From NCBI RefSeq assembly GCF_006345805.1, contig NW_021829358.1, positions 1 to 6,374 on the forward strand: a DNA stretch of 6,374 bases. Direction: 5' to 3'. A program made the position numbers and the translations under genes. The notes below the pieces were generated by a model. It saw only the letters and a list, made by a program, of their open reading frames with translations. It made no database searches and was not told where the DNA came from. This DNA is from Octopus sinensis (Eukaryota). This document shows positions 1 through 6,374 of the stretch, in pieces (within the stretch, counting starts at the first letter, position 1; the number at the start of each line of letters is the position of its first letter).

Positions 1-513
1 AATGTAATTTTTAGTGGAACTAAGAATATGCATTTAGAACAATTTGATATCACTTCTTGATGATTCGACTCTTAAACTCCAAAGTAATAACGACTGCATA
101 GATGCTGAATCTTATTGATCCTAACAAGCCTCTTCATGAAGTGAAGATACAATCAGTCTCATGCCTGGCTCATTTTTCTGAGATGAGACGTCGTCCTTTC
201 ATTTACACTTTTCAGGTATAGCTTTTTTTTCTTAATTTTAACATACGTTTTGCCTTGTTTCCAGGTACAAACAGATTTACTTTTGACGGTAGATTTTAGC
301 TCTCTATAACTTTTTGGCTGACCTGACTTTTTTGTCCATTTTCCGTCGTTTTTCCGCTTACAGGAAAATTTTTAATTATCAGTATCTCCACTTAATAATT
401 ATTAATCCACAACAAACATTTTTTTAATTTTTGGTAATATTTTTAATGGAAATCTTATTATTTCATCCACCAATGACGTTTTATCTCGACTTAAAAATCT
501 CCAGACATTAAAT

Positions 514-547
514 GGTACTTTTGTCGAAGTGGTCGCAGTTTTTTTAG
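514..547 (+). repeat. Left TIR of Merlin element A
   Basis: Reverse complement of 1378-1412 with a 2-bp and a 1-bp indel; flanked by TSD CATTAAAT. Confidence 0.92.
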
Positions 548-595
548 AAGATAATTAAAATAAATTAATTTTTTTAGTGAAAAATAGATTATTAT

Positions 596-1255
596 TTATA
601 ATAACCCTCTATCATAATTTTCTGGTTGCAGAAAACACTGTTTGGTGGCTCGACAAATACCACCGAAGACCCACTGTTTTGGTAAAACTCTTCCAGAGTT
701 GTTTTTCCGTTTGGAAAACACTCTCGTCTACCTCCACACATCATACCAGGACCACCTGAAATAAACATTAATAATACCAATTTTGCCGTCAGATCTTTTA
801 ACAAGTGCGTCCACACAGACTTCACGTAAAAACATAGCCCAATCGACATATGTATGTTCACCCCAATTGTATTCGTGATGAAGCCATTTGAAGGTATGCC
901 TATCGTAACTCCATAAGTATATGTAGGCGATGACATCCTCAAATGGCAATCTACAATTCTCTAACCAGGTATCTAGAATTATTTGAGAGAAATTATACCT
1001 TTTTTAATAGAACATTGGACTCTACAACCAACTCTGAGCATTTCCAATTGAGCTTCGGTCCCAAGACTAATTCCATCTGATGTCCCTTCGGACATATACG
1101 TGATTTTGAAAGGATATCCACATTTTGCAGAAAATGCACTGCATCCTCCTTACTTATTGGGAGCTGTCGGAATTGATGTTGCATAAGTCCACAACAGAAT
1201 TTTCCATGTGACCTATAGTGCCAGTTTATATCAATATTAGGTACATGCTCGCCAT
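596..1255 (-). pseudogene. Merlin/ISXO2-like DDE transposase, N-terminal half, frameshifted, intron-containing
   Basis: Removing introns 1244-1213 (tentative), 998-973 and 777-756 and allowing ~3 frameshifts gives [93 protein letters not shown]: Zn-ribbon-like N-terminus plus the first catalytic-D motif. The C-terminal catalytic half is absent. Confidence 0.88.
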
Positions 1256-1377
1256 AATATTAAAAAAATTAGAAAATAAATTAGTAAAAAATTTAATAAT
1301 ATTTTAAATTATTGATAGAGCGACTTAAATAAAATATAATATATTCCACCTCAAAATTATTAGATTTTTTAAAAGGC

Positions 1378-1412
1378 CTAAAAAACTGCGACCACTTCGA
1401 CACAAAAGTACC
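1378..1412 (-). repeat. Right TIR of Merlin element A
   Basis: ctaaaaaactgcgaccacttcgacacaaaagtacc followed by TSD CATTAAAT. Confidence 0.92.
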
Positions 1413-1444
1413 CATTAAATTTAAAAAAGTAAAAATAATTAAAA

Positions 1445-2025
1445 AATGGAAGCATGTTTTAAGTTCCTTGTTCTGTGGATTCTTTTCGCCATCTATAGAC
1501 TGAATTTAACCGTGAATTTAACCAACGAGGCCGTGCATTCACGAAAAATATTCATGTTTTGTCTTAGTGCCAGCAGGATTCTCAAGCTCGCTTCACTGAA
1601 TTACGTTTTAGATGTTCGCTTAGCGCCACTGGATTCCCTTCAGTACTGGAACCAGTTGGGCTAGACCGTGGAAACGGAAAGCGTCCTGACCAGTCTACTT
1701 TATTCCAGTTCAAAATGGGACTTGCCCTCCTATGGGATGTAACATATGTCGGCTCGTTTTCGTCATCAGTGGTCATAGACTATGTTTTCGCACTAGATTC
1801 GCCTCTGCTATGGCTAAAACCAAATGAAATCGCAAAGTATGCTTCCTTGGTCAAAATTTGCTGCTTTGTTCCCCGGGGTTTTGAAAACAGTGGGGTGATT
1901 GGCCAAAAAGCGCTTAAATTCTTCTCATAGATTGGTTTAATCATATCGAAGAGGTCGTCTTTCAACAAGAATCGGTCGAGATATTACGTGGAATTTGCCT
2001 GTCCATCCGCTCAGCGACTAATATA
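1445..2025 (+). mobile_element. Degenerate 3' fragment of CRE-like non-LTR retrotransposon (restriction-like endonuclease domain)
   Basis: Frame 1553-1930 reads HVLS*C...SLSATGFPSVLEPVGLDRGNGKRPD.STLF.FKMGLALLWDVT...IAKYASL....FVPRGFENSGVIGQKALKFF*, then ILRGICLSI at ~1981-2007. This fits the CRE RLE pattern (EP.GL.R.DGKRPDG..WD.T; K..KY..L..F.P...ET.G..G; RGN). Contains stops and deletions; boundaries are approximate. Confidence 0.82.
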
Positions 2026-2027
2026 AA

Positions 2028-5000
2028 TTAAATTGTTCTTTTTTTGTTGTCAATATTTTGTTTTGTCTTATTTGCTACTGGAGGACTTACAATTCCCCAC
2101 AGTTCTTCTTGAGATTCATGTTCACAATCTATAATCAAATGATAGAAATATAAACCTGCATTTGCAGGCTGATTAGAAGATGACTCTAAATCCAGAGATA
2201 GGCGTTCTGGTGGTAAATAATCCCCTTCCATTTTTTCAGAAAATGGAGATAAATGTGGAGGGAGTTTTGTTCCAACAAAGTATTTTTCAACCGAAAGTAA
2301 ACGGCATTCATTAAATGAGTCAAAAATCCACTGTGGTTGAACATACAATCTAATAAATTATTAATAAACATCAAAATAATTATAAAAACAAAGGATTTTC
2401 GGTACTGTTGCATTTCATCCTGCACGAAAATAGCCTCTAAATGAATTAATGAAAATTTTTATGAATATTAGATCGAAAATTTAAATAATTGAACTATGTC
2501 GAATTTGTAAATTTTATTCTAATTTTTTTTTTAAAAAAATTTGAATTTTTTACCGACTTAGTGGTGTCAAAACAATACCGACAAAATTAAATCTGAGCTA
2601 TTAACGACCACCTGTCTAAAAAGACACAGTTGTTGGTTAATAAAGATGCTTATCATCATTCCCTCAGTGAAAAATCTTTATTACAATAAAAAAGGTCAGC
2701 TGGTAGTACGAAGCGTGATATTCGGCGGACAAAATTTGACGATGGCATCTATTAGCTCATCGAAGGAGTTGTCTAAATGGCTCACTTGCCTTCTCCATAA
2801 AAATTCTATAAATGTATTAGGAGTATTTAATACCTGCAAAATATGCACCCATGAAGTGACGCGGGGTCCCCCTTTGTCTCTTATTGCGCCATTTTGCGCA
2901 CCCCCACATTCTATATTTTCATATATAATTATTATCTGAACCTCTCAACATTCTGTGTATGTGCACCTGTGCTCGGATCTACAAAATTTCGTCTGCAAAT
3001 TTATAAACGAATTATGGCCAACTTGTGATTAACTGTAGGGTGCACATAAGCAAGAGCATTGAGATCTGACGATCTGGCTAATAGAACTGACGATCTGGAA
3101 ATAAATGTTCGACACCCACTTTAAAAGCACACCCATGTTGTATCTTCCTGCTGTTGGAGAAGGGTCATAAAATGTCTGTTTTGTCATTTTTTCTTTGGGA
3201 AAGATTCCAACCTCTTGAAGGAAGGCAACTGACTCCATTTCAGTACGGGGAAGTTCATAGTCCTTCAGTTTTGCAAATTTTCGCATGACAACTGTATCAT
3301 TCATCTCCACAAGCCGGTAAAAAATTCAAATTTTTTTAAAAAAAATTAGAATAAAATTTACAAATTCGGCATAGTTATTAAAGATTTCAAAGTACACCAA
3401 TCTCTCGGAACGCTATCTGTTTACCCCGATCGCCGTGGAGACCTCTGGCGTAATCGGTGACAGGTCACTCATTTTCCTCAAAAAGCTGGGTCGTCTGATT
3501 TCTCGCAAGAGAAACGACACGCGTGAGTGTGGATGGCTCCTTCAGAGGATTTCCCTTGCCATTGTACGTGGAAACTGTTTCTCCATCTACGAGGCGGGGA
3601 AGTCCTCTTGTTAACTCTCTTCTCTCTGTTTTCGTTTACAGTTATTATTTTCAAAAAATAAACTCTAATTTCTAAAAAAAAAAAAAGTTCAATTATTTAA
3701 ATTTCGATCTAATATTCATAAAAATTTTCATTAATTCATTTAGAGGCTATTTTCGTGCAGGATGAAATGCAACAGTACCGGATTTTCTTATATTAAATAC
3801 CTGTTTATATAATTTTTTACACAATTGGATCTGTCAGAAATTTCATGTGTTATAGTCTCGTCCGACTGACCAAAAGACGCACCTTCGGCTATATTGCAAT
3901 CCCATGATACTTCCCCTGAACAATTTCTTTGTACATAAATAACAATAACAAACCGAATGACGAGTGCTACAATATCCTTACGGACTTCACGACTGATGAA
4001 GAACTTAAGACCTTTAAACAAGACCTTCTGTCTATTAATCCTTTCCTGTTCATCCCTAAACTGCTGAATACGCACATCTTTAGAACCATTTGGTCCGACC
4101 TAAAAAATAAAATAAAACTAACTTGAGAATCATTAAAAACATCCAGAGTAATCTCATCATCAGTGATCACATTAATTGCATTATTTGATTCAAGCGGATA
4201 ACGGATGCCCAAAGATTGAAAAAGTCGAAAATTAATGAAAGTAAGCAGTTCACAATAAAATTCTGCAAATGTGTCCATTATTCGGAAATCCACATCCTCT
4301 GGCTCCTTAAGAAATATTTATATAAAATTTAAGATTTATTCATAAAGCTATATTTTATAGTAAAATCTTTAGCTATTGGAAAAATGTACTTTATAAGCGA
4401 AACAATGTGGAGAAATCCATCTTGTTCTTATCCCCTCGAATTCAGCCTCATAATAAATTCCCTTAATACTGATAAAAATCTAAAATAAAAAAACATTGAA
4501 ACAATACTTTACGAAGTGCCTTTTTGGCAATTATAAATGTTTGTATATCTCCTTTCAAATAATAAAAATAATTTAACCACACAGTTGTTCACATTTCTGG
4601 ATAAGGGATTTAATACATTTAATACATTTAATACATTTCATAATACCTTTCTATAATTGACTTCTCTAGAGTATAAGAAGGGGCAATGTCAACAATCTTT
4701 TCTATATGTAACTTGTCCCCTTTTGATTCGGCCTTTAATAATTTCCTTTTATAAACCTATAATTGTAAAAACATTTAAGTACTTTAGTTTCTCTAAGTAC
4801 ATCGATAATTGGTTCACGTAATAATTTTTTAATGCTGCGTCTTAAATAATATGTTTTTGGAGCCATGCTTCCTTTCCCAGCTTGTTTTTTATTAGTTGGC
4901 TCTCGAGGATAGATTCCTTTTAAAATACATACTCGCCTTTTGACATTAAGATCAGAGAAATATAAAACCTAAAATCAGCCAGGGAGATTTGTAATTTATT

Positions 5001-5104
5001 TAGTGCAGACGAACGACTGATATATTTCACAGCATTACCAGTTTTATACTAAAACAGTTTATTTATTTATCTACTTTTGAATCGTTTCCATATTTTTTAA
5101 CCAT
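2028..5104 (-). CDS. PES1: Pescadillo homolog (PES1/Nop7, ribosome biogenesis; Pescadillo_N + BRCT), multi-exon; probably disrupted/pseudogenised copy
   Basis: Manual splice model. Exons: 5104-5075, 5048-4969, 4936-4783, 4756-4647, [remnant 4608-4578], 4551-4508, 4479-4390, 4305-4123, 4099-3954, 3926-3801, 2349-2156, 2128-2028. All intact introns are GT-AG and phase-consistent. Translation contains pescadillo motifs [100 protein letters not shown] and [20 protein letters not shown]. The intron 4/exon 5 junction is broken and the 3' end is uncertain. Confidence 0.93.
2401..2564 (+). repeat. Left long TIR of Merlin element B
   Basis: Near-identical reverse complement of 3307-3376 joined to 3690-3779. 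Confidence 0.9.
2696..3304 (-). pseudogene. Merlin/ISXO2-like transposase: short N-terminus plus uninterrupted spliced C-terminus, centre deleted
   Basis: N-terminus [30 protein letters not shown] (3304-~3185) resembles that of element A. Removing introns 3022-2993, 2941-2911 and 2833-2806 gives [71 protein letters not shown] (TGA 2698-2696), the characteristic ISXO2/Merlin H.TVNH..FVDP.TG.HTQ..E..W motif. Confidence 0.92.
3307..3779 (-). repeat. Right long TIR of Merlin element B, split by a retroelement insertion at 3377-3686
   Basis: 3690-3779 matches the outer ~90 bp and 3307-3376 the inner ~70 bp of the left TIR. Confidence 0.9.
3377..3686 (+). mobile_element. 5'-truncated CRE-like non-LTR retrotransposon copy with 3' UTR and poly(A) tail
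   Basis: Open frame 3378-3614 [78 protein letters not shown] (RLE C-terminus: KY..L..F.P.AVET.G..G; QRIS.AI.RGN). AATAAA at 3657-3662, A13 at 3674-3686, short (A)GTT duplication at 3373-3376/3686-3689; visibly more GC-rich than the flanks. Confidence 0.9.
4608..4638. repeat. Tandem 9-mer AATACATTT x3 at the PES1 deletion junction
   Basis: Exact copies at 4612-4620, 4621-4629 and 4630-4638, plus partial ATTT at 4608-4611. Confidence 0.85.
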
Positions 5105-5198
5105 ACACAAGCAACACGTGAAAATATTAAATTTATTGATACATTTATTTATTAATAATATTATAATTTAAAATATTATAAATATATATTCTACTAAT
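5105..5198. promoter_or_regulatory. Very AT-rich region upstream of PES1; putative (bidirectional) promoter
   Basis: Positional inference only: 94 bp between the PES1 ATG and a divergent ATG. Confidence 0.3.
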
Positions 5199-5541
5199 AT
5201 GCACTCAAGGAAGTAAAAATTTTTCATTTGTAGGGAAATTAAATTAAGACGAAACCTGTTGATGCTTTCTTTAACATGTCTGATTCTCATTGTTTTCGTA
5301 CTTAATATGTGAAAATCTATCCTTCTGTAATTTAATTTCAATTTAATTGCATAATTTTCATATATAATTCGCCTAAAGTTGGATTAACTTAGTTATTAAG
5401 TTTAACTTTTCTGATACGAATACTTTATTCAGAGAAAATATGCAAACAGCAATATATTTTATTTCCACAAAAATATTTGGTATAGAATGAAAATGATTCT
5501 GTACATTAAAAAAAATAAAGTCTAATGTAATAAAATACTGA
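5199..5541 (+). CDS. Possible small or truncated single-pass membrane (signal-anchor) protein, divergent from PES1
   Basis: Hypothetical exons 5199-5212, 5234-5297, 5393-5479, 5521-5541 with GT-AG introns of 21, 95 and 41 nt give MHSRKEIKLRRNLLMLSLTCLILIVFLLSLTFLIRILYSEKICKQQYILFPQKYLSNVIKY*. No family recognised. Confidence 0.33.
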
Positions 5542-5552
5542 CTAATTGAGCT

Positions 5553-6290
5553 CAATTCCCCAGTGATACCCGTTTTTTGTGCAAGATTCGGGACGGCATT
5601 CTGGTTTGATTTCGAAAAAATAGGATTTGTCGTAGCTGATCTATGTGAAAAGAATTAAGCTTTTGTATTTCTGTCTTGCTTAACTCATGTTCCCTAGTCA
5701 TTAGTGAATTATAAAGACAAACTCACGTTATCACGTCAAGTCATCTGCGAGCGGGCCAGTTCATCCTCAATTTATATATTGCGCCATAATTAGGTGTCTT
5801 CTTGTTTTAATATCGTCTGCATTGCCGAGAAGGAAATCCACTTTTGTAGTTTTTAGCTCTTCTTTATCGTTGGAGACAAAGAAAAAGATTGTTCACCTGA
5901 TAGTAGGTGACCAGCAGGGTCCCTGCAGGTTCATCTTTCCTCTTCAATTTCTTCTAATGAACGATTCATCCAAGTGATTCGAGTAGAACTTTTGCGTGAA
6001 GGTCTGCTGCAATCAGTATTGACGTAGAACGTGCATATTTAGCATTTTCAGTCAAGAGATTTGCATATAAGTCGTCGATCTTTTCGGCATTTTGTTCAGT
6101 CATTCACTATGCGGAGGTATGCATTTATGATAGTATATATTTTTTGAGTCTCCTTTAGCAGTAGATTTTGGCAGCTGTGTCGTTTCTCACAGCAAAGGCA
6201 TGTCTGTAGTGTTTAGAATTACTGGAGTAGAATATTAATCTATAAACACCATTTTGTGCTTCCATCCCGTCGGATATTTTGCTTTAAATG
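5553..6290 (-). mobile_element. Degenerate RTE-like non-LTR retrotransposon: APE endonuclease remnant plus post-RT C-terminal remnant
   Basis: Fragments across frameshifts and stops: KISDGMEAQNGVYRLIFYSSNSKHYRHAFAV, TIINAY, KIDDLYANL..ILIAADLHAKV (cf. IAGDFNAKVG), RGKMNLQG, LLVTYYQVNNLFLC at ~6290-5870; and LYNSLM..LSKTEIQKLNSFHIDQLRQIL..MPSRILHKK at ~5722-5553. Boundaries are uncertain. Confidence 0.72.
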
Positions 6291-6374
6291 GTTCTATTCT
6301 TTTCCATTTGTTAATGGGTCCCTTGTGTGAGTTTTTTGCACAAAAAATGTAATTTTGTCTTTAAAAATATCCGT

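Larger units (their letters stand above)
514..1412 (-). mobile_element. Merlin-superfamily (IS1595/ISXO2-like) DNA transposon, internally deleted, non-autonomous (element A)
   Basis: Near-perfect ~34-bp TIRs GGTACTTTTG(TG)TCGAAGTGGTCGCAGTTTTTT(T)AG at 514-547 and 1378-1412; exact 8-bp TSD CATTAAAT at 506-513 and 1413-1420; internal transposase remnant. GG termini plus 8-bp TSD are typical of Merlin. Confidence 0.92.
2401..3779 (-). mobile_element. Merlin-superfamily DNA transposon with ~160-bp TIRs, internally deleted (element B), inside PES1 intron 10
   Basis: Termini GGTACTGTTGCATTTCATCC...GGATGAAATGCAACAGTACC; exact 8-bp TSD GGATTTTC at 2393-2400 and 3780-3787; left TIR 2401-~2564 pairs with ~3307-3376 plus 3690-3779; internal transposase remnant. 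Confidence 0.94.

Noticed and set aside
577-759. 60-aa plus-strand ORF
   Set aside because: Antisense shadow of the element A transposase.
592-942. 116-aa minus-strand ORF as a protein
   Set aside because: Mostly off-frame reading of the frameshifted transposase, running through an intron; only GGPG is in the homologous frame.
1446-1968. ORFs 1446-1664 (+), 1582-1776 (-) and 1780-1968 (-)
   Set aside because: Off-frame or antisense readings of the CRE-like remnant.
2186-2425. 79-aa minus-strand ORF
   Set aside because: Spans TIR, intron and an alternative frame of a PES1 exon.
2646-2939. 97-aa plus-strand ORF
   Set aside because: Antisense to the spliced transposase C-terminus.
3929-4126. 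65-aa plus-strand ORF
   Set aside because: Antisense to PES1 exon 9.
4306-4389. 84-nt PES1 intron with small direct and inverted repeats as a possible TE footprint
   Set aside because: Repeats are ~6 bp in very AT-rich DNA and expected by chance.
5373-5555. 60-aa minus-strand ORF
   Set aside because: Non-ATG start, AT-rich, no recognisable motif.
6271-6373. 10-bp inverted repeat CGGATATTTT / AAAATATCCG
   Set aside because: Short, at the window edge, TSD cannot be assessed; may be chance.
1-6374. Prokaryotic reading (bacterial IS1595, CRISPR array, RNA genes)
   Set aside because: Spliceosomal introns, PES1 and a poly(A)-tailed retroelement indicate eukaryotic DNA; no repeat-spacer array or tRNA/rRNA pattern was seen.

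Overview
AT-rich eukaryotic DNA with very short (21-32 nt) GT-AG introns. The backbone is a minus-strand multi-exon pescadillo (PES1/Nop7) gene (ATG at 5104) that appears damaged: the conserved YPTF..ALRDLDD segment is missing at ~4610-4646 and the usual C-terminus is not found in order. Five mobile-element remnants lie in and around it. Two are internally deleted Merlin (IS1595/ISXO2-like) DNA transposons with GGTACT termini and perfect 8-bp TSDs (514-1412; 2401-3779, inside PES1 intron 10); their transposase genes carry up to six host-sized tiny introns in total. Two are 3' fragments of CRE-like restriction-endonuclease non-LTR retrotransposons: an old one at ~1445-2025 and a clean poly(A)-tailed one at 3377-3686 inserted into the right TIR of the second Merlin. 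The fifth is a degenerate RTE-like LINE (~5553-6290). A small head-to-head membrane-protein gene may start at 5199. All family calls come from manual translation and remembered motifs; no searches were run.
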